Below are positions 12,312 to 22,677 of a stretch of 40,316 nucleotides of DNA, one piece after another (within the stretch, counting starts at the first letter, position 1; each line of letters opens with the position of its first letter). The translations under genes and the position numbers were made by a program. The notes beneath the pieces were generated by a model. It was not told the origin of the DNA. It did not search any database and was given only the letters and a program-made list of their open reading frames with translations. Source of the DNA: Phoronis australis (lineage: Eukaryota; Animalia; Phoronida); the NCBI GenBank assembly GCA_002633005.1, contig NMRA01000535.1, forward strand, positions 1-40,316, read 5' to 3'.

Positions 12312-12347
12312 AGCTCATACCACATCGCAAGTGCAAGAAGTTATTAA

Positions 12348-12547
12348 GAGGCTGGGTCACGTTTGCCTTTCAGTGGTGGCCTAAAGAAAGCAAACTAAAT
12401 GTCTGTTTTGTTACTTAATGCATAAAGCGCTTCCCATTTAAAAAGGGACTTTCCCATTTTGTCCCAAACTGAAATGTAATATTACATTTCAGATAAATAT
12501 CAACATTTTGTTTTTAAATTTGGTTTATAATTGATCATGACCCCTCC
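12348..12547. mobile_element. Possible Kolobok-like TTAA-flanked MITE
   Basis: TTAA-GAGGCTGGGTCA ... TGACCCCTCC-TTAA; TIRs are imperfect. Confidence 0.35.
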
Positions 12548-12870
12548 TTAATGCATTTCATGTTCTACTTTTGAAAAACCTGAGTCTTCCGATAATTAGC
12601 CATTGAAATTTGCTTTCGTAATATTACACACAAGGAATGCATAATATTACGCATGGGTGCGTAATATTACACACTGATGTGTAATCTTACGCATTTTTGC
12701 GTAATCTTACGCACTGATGTGTAATATGTGATTTTTTATTCATTACATGGCACAATAGCGGAGTTGCAACGCCGCCATATTGGAAATGGGTCAGAATGTT
12801 GCATTGTGGTTACAATGGTAAACTTCAGTAAACAAGTATGTTGGCAACCGTGCGGGCGAACGGGCTACGG

Positions 12871-13143
12871 GGAGGTTATACGTGTTGTGTGCCTGGCATG
12901 CTATAATACCAGTTAGCGAAATAAAAAAATTAGTTACTACCTGTTTCCCAAGGATCAAGAACTGCGTTAAACATGGGTCAGAGACATCGGTAGAGCTGGT
13001 AGCAAAGGCCGACTTCGTGAATTCTTTCCGACTTCGTAGCATAAAGTGTGCAGCGCTCATTTTGAGGGCGGCAAGAAAACGTATCTTAGAAACTGCCCAA
13101 CAATATCTCCCTTCAAAGAAACAGTAACAAATACTCCACGGCG
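12871..13143 (+). pseudogene. THAP zinc-finger domain remnant (transposase N-terminus)
   Basis: GGYTCCVPG/CYNTS*RNKKISYYLFPKDQELR*TWVRDIGR...FFPTS*HKVCSAHFEGGKKTY...PTI. The C2CH THAP signature (C.VPGC, FP, W, CS.HF, PT) is present with one frameshift and three stops. Confidence 0.88.
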
Positions 13144-14184
13144 GTTGGTAGTGAAAAAAAAAATTTTTTTTCGCTTGACCAGAACCAAGCCAACATGAGC
13201 AATTTTGAGGATAATGCCTCTGCACAATCACCTGTTCTGGGTCGACTCACTTAACGTATGCTCACTATATGCATTACGCGCTAAGATAAAGCTTACAGAT
13301 TATTATTATTTACTTTCTACAAAATTGTGGTACATTGCTATCAAAATTCGTTGTTAAATTACGATCATTTTTCATAAAATTTTGTTGAAGTTCCAGGGCG
13401 AAATCTTGCCGACAAATGCGTAGCTGCTGGTCTCGCAATCGTCGATAGGGCTTGAATTCTTAAATAAGAATACAGCTTTGACTCAACAAATTACCTGAAA
13501 TCCTCCTCAAGTTTTCCAAATAGCGTCTCTAAGATTTTTAAGTTCTTGTGAAGTCTGGATTAACTGCAGATTAAGTCCAAATCTACGCTAGATTGTAGCA
13601 CGCAACCCGAGAAAAATCTCTGTGGGAACACATGTTGTTGTCACGTGACGTTTGTTTTGAAGTTTGTATGCGTGTGTGTGAGAGTAAGCGTGCGTGTGCT
13701 TGTCAGAGTTCATTTGCCAGAGTAATGTAATGATCTAGGTGTGCATTGTATCCAAAAAAAAAAAAAAAAAAAAATAAGTCAAGCAGTCAAGCAGAGCGTG
13801 TTTTAATATTTACGGCTTAGCACTTGCTGGCCTCATCTGCTAAAAACGTTCGAGAATTTTTTCGGTAAGACCGACATGTCACTCATTGAGTCGCCGGGTG
13901 AGTGGATGCGTGACCGTAGTGTAACAGCTATTTCCCGGAAGATTTGGGGTGTAAGGGTGCGAAGTGGGTCATTTTGACCTTAAAAACACCAATTATGATT
14001 AGTTAAATAATTTCTCTTAAAAATAATGCAGAAGCTTTTTACGGTATTGGAAACTTTCGGAAATTAGTGCCAATATTTATTTGCCGATGCTATGTTACCC
14101 GATTAATCTTCGATGACAGTCGGTACATTATGCAGCGCGCGCTTCTTGGTCGCGTGCTAACACTGGTCGAGTTTTTTTTTTTAG

Positions 14185-14587
14185 TCTTCGATTCACGGTT
14201 TTCACATGCACAAAGAAGTTTGAGGCCGGAGAAGATCTGTACTGGAAAGAAACAATGCAATCCCGCTCTTTGACAAGTACGCTGTGTCTGTTTTCAAAGT
14301 CCAGACCCGCGTAGTGGGGCACATCCCTCGCAAGAGCAGCAAAACTTCTGCGTTCTTTTTGAATCGCGGCGTAAGTTTGAAGTGTATACGGACATAACGG
14401 TGAGGCTCGTGGTCCGTTACAAATTCAGGCTGTCGGATCTTTCAATTGATAAATTGGAGACGTTAGAACTGTAGGTAAGGGCATTTTTCGCATGTAGTTC
14501 ATGGGCTGGGCGCTTACTTTAGCAAAGTCTGAAAACGCGTTGGGGCACTTGTTGAGCCATGGGCGCTAATTAGGGCGAATAGCGGCA
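14185..14587 (+). pseudogene. HIRAN-like domain remnant inside a TIR element nested in the ISL2EU-type element
   Basis: SSIHGFHMHKEV* / AGEDLY / FDKYAVSVFKVQTRVVGHIPRKSSKTSAFFLNRGVSLKCI (14269-14394) / IDKL matches the RGYH...GE.L...D..AV.V...VGH.P...FL..G pattern; it is followed by the same terminus as 3630-3810. Confidence 0.72.
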
Positions 14588-15922
14588 GAATTACATACAG
14601 CAGCGTAGTTTAATGCACACAAATTACACGTCGTGCAAACCAGTCGGTCATCCCGTTTACCATCAACAATCCCAGTAGCCTTTGCGCACCCTAATTTCCG
14701 GACATGCGCAATCGTTAAATCGATTCAGTTGCAACTCCGCTATTTAGCTTTATTTAGCAAGCCAAAAATTACGTTCACACCCGCATCATAACCCAGGGAT
14801 GGGGGGAATCCTTGCCCCTTTTTTTAAGTGAACATCAATGAAATGCCCATGAAATAAAAACAAGACCCCAAATGGCTGCTTTCTAAAGGCGCTTTCCAAT
14901 TAGGAGAACATCGATTTACCAAAGACTCGCCGGAACTTTGATTACCTTTCCAACTAGACAGCGATATTGAAGAAGACACCAGACGATGCCGTTCATTGAT
15001 CGTACTCTCAAACGCATATTGAGTAGTGGCTTCGTGGCTGACTGAAAATTGTTTTCCTGCCATTTACGAGTGTTTGCGAAAATGATCAGTGTTGTTCTTC
15101 ATCAGATATGCTTTCTTTTATTTATTTGTGTATGTCTATTGAGAGTACATCGGCTAAAATAACAAAGACCACATTTTGCGAGTCTGGTGTGATTATAGTA
15201 CATCATTGCCCCAACCTCGACCAAAACTTCAACGAAGCTTTGCTTTGAGTGTTCCCACTATGCCGAAGTTTCGGTGAGTACCAAAGCTTTGCTTTTAAAT
15301 CCTGCTATTTTCAGTGAATTTTTGCTAGCAGATTTTAGTTAAAAGTAAACTTTCTCACTTACCGAAACTTCCATAAAAGCGAAATTTCGCCTCTAATGGG
15401 AAAGCGACGTAAGTCGGACACTTGCTAGAGCTTGGCGTAGCTATGGTCTCATTACTTAGTGCTTTATTAATCGACACCCCTTAGGTGCGTTAGCTGTTGT
15501 CTCATTACCTTGTGTTAGATGCATTGGGTGTGGTATAACTTAAGCATGTCTCAGTCAGACTGCCAAATTCGAACACTTGCCAGTGTTTTGCTGTATGACC
15601 TTGGAATGATCCAAATGTCTTTTCTTATAGTACATTTTGATTATAAAAAATACCTGTGCATAACATGAAAAATAAAAAGTTTGGTCCATGTAACTGTATT
15701 TTCATCAATTTTGCAGGGGTTGGGAAAAGAGAACGTATTTGGCTCATAATTTAGCCATTTTGGCCAATACCTTTAGAAGTCTAGCGTGAGCCTTGTCAAC
15801 TGACAGGCATGGATGTGGACAGGGTCCAAGGCAATAGTGACTTTTAGTGGACCCTGATTTTGAGAACAAGATTCATTTACAAGTGTAATGCCAGAATGCT
15901 AGTCAAAGAGGAACTCTTAGCA

Positions 15923-16101
15923 CTCCAGAAAGGTCGAGGAGGCTGTCTACTGGTACTACAGCAAGGTCGAGGAGCCGGTCTACTGGTACTCCAAGAAGGT
16001 CGAGGAGGCCGTCTACTGGTACTCCAGGAAGGTCTGGTACTTCAGGAAGGTCGAGGAGGTTGTCTACTGGTACTCCAGGAAGGTCGAGGAGGCTGTCTAC
16101 A
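15923..16101. repeat. 33-bp tandem repeat, ~5.5 copies
   Basis: Unit CTCCAGGAAGGTCGAGGAGGCTGTCTACTGGTA, stop-free in several frames. Confidence 0.9.
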
Positions 16102-17619
16102 TTAAAACCAGATGGCCCAATTTCAACAGGAACCAAGGGTTACAGCTCCCAGCGATGTATGACCTAATTCTAGAACCAGGTCATCCTGACACGGGAAATC
16201 AAGTCATTGAACAAGGCTCTTAGAGAGAGGGCGGAAACCGAAACTCACCAGACTCTCAATGCTTTTCAGTGATTTTGCCATTTGACATCATATTGGAAAG
16301 CAATGAAAAACCTGTTCCTGTTGACATGGCCCAACCTCAGAGATCAATTAAATTCCTGCGTCCAAAATCCAGCCTACCATTGAAATCTGAATGTTTGTCA
16401 TAGTTTTATTGACCAAGTCTGCCAAATAAGGCTTTCCTAAAGTCGATTTCATTGTTTTAGGACTAAAAGACATAACATGTTATTTGAGGAGGGACTTAAA
16501 ATGATAAAAAGCTGATCAAAATGAACACAGAGCAGCTTTTCACCCCAATGGTAAACAAACTGCTGGAAAATTTGTAGGAGGGAAGCTGGAAGGATTTAAA
16601 GACATAGATCATAACCAATGTTGTAATCGTCTCTTTGATTTTTTAACGGTGTGTTGTGATTGATGGTTCCCTGGATGTTTGTTTCATTAATACTGCTTGT
16701 GGGAGGCTACTAGCAGTCTTTCTGTGAGCAATCAGGCCATTAGGGATGAGCACCCAGACTGGGTTTTATTTGGGCTTGGGTGGCTAATAGCTGTGTTTTA
16801 ACTCATTATTATTTCTAGAAGCCTAGCAAGTGAACCTGTAAGTAAACAACACCACCTCACTCTCAACATTGATGGTTTTGCAGTGGCCTCTCATGAGAGG
16901 GTCCATTGGCAATCAGTCTGGACACTTGGCAAGAAGGTATTTTCACTCAAAAGGTGTCGCCACCTCCTGGTGATAACTTTGGGTTGACAGGGCAAATAAA
17001 AACAACCCTTCTCCAAGATTAGGGAACACTAGTTGGGTATAGCAGACCTTGATTTAGGGACACTGGCAATCATGGACCCGTATATCAGTAAAGGAAACTG
17101 GTTCTCCAAATCAGGATCCATCCACTATATCCGACCAATTTAAGCAATACACTGAATACAGTGTTGGACCGGTTGGTCAGCACAAATGACGCTCTGGCCC
17201 GCACACCCGATAAGGGGCTGAGGGGCTATAGCCCCACTTATTTCAGTGTAGACGATGACCACCATCTCTAGCTGACTAGACAGTGTAGCTCCTATAGTAG
17301 ACAACATGTAGCACTTCGGTTGGCCGGTTAGGGGCTACAATATTTCCCATTGCTTTCTGTACTAATTTCGTCTTGTGTATTTTAAACGGGCAGTAGACGA
17401 AGTCCACTCACCGATTAAGAGTTTTCACCTTGTCAAAAATACATTCTACACTTTAAACTATCACTTAAAAAGGCACATACTTTCTTCAGTGAGCCTTTCT
17501 GCTTCTACACATATCTGTGGTGAAGCATAGCTACGAGATAACCACAAAATACTTCAACTGAGTCACATGAGTTAGGCAAAGGCTAGCATGAGACTGAGCG
17601 AAGCGCGTGACGTGGAGCG

Positions 17620-17960
17620 TGACACTTGCAAAGTAGCATGGGAAGATATCAGGTGAAATTTATTAGATTTGCATCCATTGGACTTTTTGTTCGTCAACAG
17701 GTGTGATTTCACGTAGCAACTGCCTCAAAATGGCACCAAGTGAGAGAAACTCAAGCGAACCGCAACAGATTTTCATGGATATGTTCAAGTTATGTTGACT
17801 AAATTGTATCTAGAGTGGTGGTATGTATTAATTATGACTTAACATTATGTATGCATGCTTCAGTAGATTTTATTTGCTTATTTTGAAATGAGTAACTTTT
17901 TATGGGGATGTACAATCGCCCCTGTATACCTGTGGCATTCAGGGCAATGCAATTGCCTAT
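17620..17960 (+). repeat. ~340-bp interspersed repeat, inverted partner of 20862-21207
   Basis: Colinear reverse-complement blocks (GACACTTGCAAA, ATCAGGTGAAATT, GTGATTTCACGTA, TTTTGAAATGAGTAACTTTTT, GGGGATGTAC). Confidence 0.85.
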
Positions 17961-18425
17961 TCCTATGGGAGCTTCATACGCCCGAAGCTTTTTGGTGAGT
18001 TATGCCTCATACTGCAGGGTTCGACGCAATGAAAATCGTCAGGTCGCATTTTACGACCTAGCCAAAATCCCAGGTCGCATTTTCAAAATTCAGCTCGTAT
18101 TCATAAATGCCAGGTCACAAAATTTTCCTGCCATTTTTTAAGCGCCAAAATAGCTTTTTAGATCATCGAGAAAGTGCTTAGATTATGTATTTTCCTGCGG
18201 CATTAAATACTCACAAATTTCAGGTAAAAAATTGAGTTCTTACATTCAGGTACCGCATTTCTGTTCTTCACAACTGACATTCAAAGGCTGTTGTCAACAC
18301 GTGAAAGATGAATCAGTGCCTACTAACCGACACATACATTCAAGCAGCTAAGTTTGCAATGTGAAAAGGGAGATAATATTCATTGAAAAAGTATCCGTGA
18401 TTTTGTTAGGTTTTACCTGCTGTAT

Positions 18426-18688
18426 CGTAGGCGGATTAAGGGGGGGGCAGGGCCCCTCTCTTGGATGCCGCAAGCAAAATGAAGCTGCAAAAGCATGAAG
18501 TGTGAGGAAATATTGACTTCAGTAACTAGGACTGGTGACGGAATCGTGTTCCCTATTTTTTTAGTCCACCGACAGGATTTGCGAACAGAAGGTCCACACA
18601 CTCGGCCACCAAAACTTTTGACCGCCTGTGCACAATTCCCCGAGGTAACATGTTGGGCCCCCCTTATGGTATCCTATATCCGCCACTG
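18426..18688 (-). mobile_element. hAT-like MITE with 5-bp TSD (copy B, same family as 2900-3199)
   Basis: CGTAGGCGGATTAAG...CTATATCCGCCACTG; flanks TGTAT / TATAT (4 of 5 match). Confidence 0.78.
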
Positions 18689-19475
18689 TATATGACTGTC
18701 ATCAATGTCGTTAAAGATCCAAACTAACTCTGAGTGCAAACTCCCTCCATTTTTTCTTCGCAGCCCAAACTTTGTAACTTCACTCGACGTTTGAAAAACA
18801 TCATGTCGAAAAAAATGAAACGTTGCCTTAGCCGAATGACATATGCGGATGTGCCGGTACAAATAGTGCAAATTTCACACCAGAAATGCTGGACTTGGGC
18901 TGTTTAAGTACTCAACAATTAGTTTCCATGAAATGAAAGGCCTTAAAATAATTCTCAAATCCGTGCGGGTTTCTATCGGGTAATTCAAGTCTGCTATTCA
19001 ATACCTTCCATGAACGGTCACAAAATGACACATGTCACTAATCTTAACTTTCTTTCAGAGGTTAAAAAACAAAGCAGGGGTTTGGTTTTTACATATTGAG
19101 GAAAGGCGTTTTCTTAAAAAAAAATGAATGTGTTGTTGTGTAAAGTGAGAGTGACTTACTATATAGTTTGCGTGATAATTTCAAACCACGCGCGGTCGTC
19201 TCTAGTGCGCTGCGATGGGTGCTAGCCTGAACTGTTGGCGCTTAATTGGAAATTCACAAAAATTGAGGGGGAACGCTTAGTGAGTGCTTATTATGAAACA
19301 CCTCAAAGGTAGGGAGTAGACGCATGTGTGAGCAGTCGCTAACCTGAGTGTTTGCGGTAACAAGATATTGAAAGACTGCAATAGTACGAAATGCTATTAT
19401 AATATGACTTTGTGAGGCAAATTCCATCTTAGACTAGTAGGGGTGACTTTCTGGTTATCGTTACCACTTACGTTG

Positions 19476-19686
19476 CATGCGCTCACCCAGCCTAAGATAT
19501 AGAAGGGCTCGAATTTTTCAGTATGAGCACCTTTTATTGAAAAAAAGCTAAAAAAATGGGTACTACGTTCAGACCTATGAATTGTGCGTTTGCACCGAAT
19601 TCCTGTGGACTAAGGTGGACCTTTTTGCCCACTTCACCAGATGGGGGGCTCATTCGGAATGAGCCCCCCACCTGGGTGCGCACATG
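19476..19686 (+). mobile_element. hAT-like MITE (same family as 38896-39163)
   Basis: CATGCGCTCACCCAG...CTGGGTGCGCACATG termini; shared GTGGACCTTTT motif; degraded flanks CGTTG / TGCTG; internal hairpin with 14-bp arms at 19642-19670. Confidence 0.7.
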
Positions 19687-19769
19687 TGCTGCACCCTGTT
19701 TAGACACCAGGAATAATTTTGTTTTTAATTACCCGCTTCAGCCGGAACAAGATTCTTTCTATTGGAGTC

Positions 19770-20240
19770 TGAAAATTAATTTTACGGCATTGTCCGTGGA
19801 ACAAAAGATTGGCGGAGAGTGTATGAAGAGAAGAATAAAAAGTTTGCTAACCACAATTTCACATCTACTCATTTTGTTGCCATAGCTGGCTACGGGCATA
19901 GATCATCCAGCTTAGGGAACATCGACTCGGTGAACATCAGAACAGGCAAATATCAGTTCTGGGCAACATCGGCCCGGAGAATAAAGTAAAGCATCAGGTC
20001 TTTCTTAACCGCCAGGAATCTATTAAGTTCATTATCAAATAAACTATTGGCACCCGAGTGTTTAACAGAGCCAAGCCAGTAAACACTTACATTTAGGAAT
20101 GTCGCTGTTCGCTTTTGATGTGCAGCTTTGGAGTGGTGCGCCCGCATGAGTTCACGGGCTTGAATCGCTGGAGTAGACCTACAGTTTACGTTGGCAACAA
20201 AATGGGACAGACGACTCGTATTGTCACGCATGTAGCCCCA
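19770..20240 (-). pseudogene. Highly decayed hAT (possibly CGGBP1-like) transposase C-terminal remnant
   Basis: Fragments LFDNELNRFL, ESMFPKLDDL, ATK*VDV and RQS occur in the order of the hAT dimerisation domain, but with many disruptions. Confidence 0.3.
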
Positions 20241-20861
20241 GAAACAAGGGTTTGAGAATTTCTTAGCGACTCAAAAACTACTTTGCTGAAAGTAGATGTG
20301 GTCGTCGTTTGGCAGTTAATAGGGATGTCATTTACATGTTTGCTGTCTTTTGCTACATATAAAACGAGACTTACATTTCCAAGTCATGGTCGTCTGCAGG
20401 GACTGCTTGCGCGCTACCAACGGGACACACCAGTGCCGCAGTGAAATATCAGGGTTTTTGTGGATATTTGAAAATAAGGACATCTTACGTGAAAAATAAG
20501 TATGTTTTCCCACCACAGTTTGGCAAGTTGATCGCTTAAGAATTAGTAGAAACACCGCTGTTTTGTGACGTTGCATCACTTGTTATGCTGTGGTCTGCAA
20601 CTTTCTTCAGCACATCCAGAAATTTGGAAAAGTAGCTGAAAATGTTAGCCAATGAAAATGTTAACCAATGTCAAGTGTCAAAGATCGATTCTCCATTATC
20701 CCATGTTCACGCTACATGCTGTTCTCTGTCGGTCCTTTTGAACTTGATTTGAAAACATCCAAATAACGGTCGGATTCACACAAGTTGCTTTATATTTGCC
20801 TGGTATCTGCCGAAAAGTGTAAAAACTCAGCTCACATACGTTGGAAATTCTAGGTCGCATT

Positions 20862-21207
20862 TAGGCAACTACATCGCCCTGGAATGCTGCAGGCATACAG
20901 GGACGATAGTACATCCCCACAAAAAGTTACTCATTTCAAAATACAGCAAATAAAATCAAATGAGCCATACATATAGGAAGACAGAGTTATAACTAACACA
21001 TACCACGACTCTGGATACGATTTAGACAGCAAAACTTGAACAAATCGATGAAAATCTGTCGCGGTTTTCTTGAGACTGAGTTTCTCTTACCGGTTGCCAT
21101 TTCGATGAAGTTACGTGAAATCACGCATGTTGACAAATAAAATTCCAAGGGACATAAATCTTGCTAATTTCACCTGATACCTTCACATGCTATTTTGCAA
21201 GTGTCAC
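20862..21207 (-). repeat. Inverted copy of 17620-17960
   Basis: Diverged reverse-complement match along its whole length. Confidence 0.85.
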
Positions 21208-21420
21208 CGTCTCTTGTCGGGCTTGAGTTGAGACGGTGTCAGTGGTCAATGTCTGATTTCAGTGATGCGCCGCCCATGTTTCTGACCCCCTCGCTCGGCA
21301 CGACTAATGCCAATTATCGAGCACAGTAATAATATAAGTCTCTAACCCATTGGGACTGAACCTGAGAGACCTCTTATGGCAATCAAAATAATGTCAAAAC
21401 TTTATCCATTCAACACGTAC

Positions 21421-21452
21421 ATTTCGTCCTCCTCTTCTTCCGAGTCAGCCAT
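21421..21452 (-). CDS. Candidate first coding exon (MADSEEEEDE...), possibly of the RUN-domain gene
   Basis: CAAAC-ATG-G start context, 10 mostly acidic codons, then donor AT|GTACGT (phase 2). It is short, and linkage to the RUN exon is inference. Confidence 0.4.
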
Positions 21453-21504
21453 GTTTGTTTTGCAGAATGGTTTCTTAAATATGACACCAGAGAGCGCTAC
21501 TGTG

Positions 21505-22677
21505 CTCGCTGGTTCCCTACGTGCCGCTAGGTGGTAGAGAACACGCAAGTATCATTTAGTAGCTTGTATTTTTAACTGCCGAGTGGTTGATGTAATCTCT
21601 GCAGTCATCGGTTAGCTATACGACAAAGAAAGAAAACGGCGGGCTATGAACGATTTTTAGCCTTGTAAGTGGCGTGACAGCAAATGTTTCGTTTCTGCAG
21701 TAGGCCTAAGGTTTAATAGCCGCGTGGTCAAGTTGAAGCACATGTACGGCACACCAAGCCGATACAACCGGTGGGTTATTTATACTGTGTGAACACAGGA
21801 CAGCTACATAAACAAAAGTCAGGCACAACCACAATTTTCTGATTCACATTTCTTGAACATGAATTAAGAACCAATTTGTACAACAGACCACAAACTATAT
21901 CCACATTTACACGTCCTTCATCAGTCATGCAAGTTTATTTACGTAAAGCGCTACCTGTCCTGTTGAGAATTCGACCAGCCAATCAGAAACGCCCTTTGTA
22001 AAAAATTTCTCGAAGAATGTCAAATGATACCTCGCTGGTTCCCTGCGTGCCGCTAGGTGGGGCGGTAGCCGCACCAGCACGCAGGATCACTTAATTTTCC
22101 TCTGTAAATTTTTTTACACCGCCGTTTCTGATTGGCTAGTCGAATTCTCTCAACAGGCAGCGCTTTATGCAAATAAACTGGCATGACTGATGGACTGAAG
22201 TGTGAAATGTGGTCTGTTGTTCAGACAAATCGGTGCTTAAAATTTATGTTCAGGAAATGTGAAGCCTAGAAATTGTGATTGCGCCTTTACGGAATGCATC
22301 TTTCTACTGTCGATGACTTTTGTTTACGATAGTGTCCTGTATTCATACAGTATGAATAACACACCGGTTAAATCGGCCAGATATGTGTTTATTGTACATG
22401 TATGTGCTTCAAGCACGCGGCTAGTAAACATCACTGCAGAAACGAAATAGTTCCTGCGACGCCACTTGCATGACCAGGCTAAAATCGTTCACAGTCCGCC
22501 ATTTTTTCACGGTGTTGTAAAGCTAACCAATGACTGCCGAGGTTACATCGACCAATGCTAAAGCGCGTGCCACTGCGTGATACCTGCGTGCTAGCTGGGC
22601 TGAGCACGCAGGGAACCAGCGAGAAATGATACCTGCGTGTTCTCTACTCCCTAGCGGACACGCAGGGAACCAACGAG
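21505..22677 (-). mobile_element. CTCG...CGAG MITE (outer copy) with ~53-bp TIRs
   Basis: CTCGCTGGTTCCCTACGTGCCGCTAGGTGGTAGAGAACACGCAAGTATCATTT (21505) is the inverse of AAATGATACCTGCGTGTTCTCTAC...GGGAACCAACGAG (22624-22677). Confidence 0.82.
22031..22623 (+). mobile_element. Same-family MITE nested in opposite orientation, 9-bp TSD
   Basis: CTCGCTGGTTCCCTGCGTG...CACGCAGGGAACCAGCGAG flanked by AAATGATAC at 22022-22030 and 22624-22632. Confidence 0.85.

Larger units (their letters stand above)
12757..14741 (+). mobile_element. Deleted ISL2EU/PIF-Harbinger-type DNA transposon
   Basis: Perfect 17-bp inverted repeat AATAGCGGAGTTGCAAC (12754-12770) / GTTGCAACTCCGCTATT (14728-14744), i.e. AG...CT termini with AT flanks; a THAP remnant lies just inside the left end. 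Confidence 0.78.

Noticed and set aside
14946-15041. Minus-strand 96-bp exon-like segment upstream of the RUN exon
   Set aside because: Splice signals are plausible, but neither open frame shows the expected RUN LE...HGL block; unsupported without RNA data.
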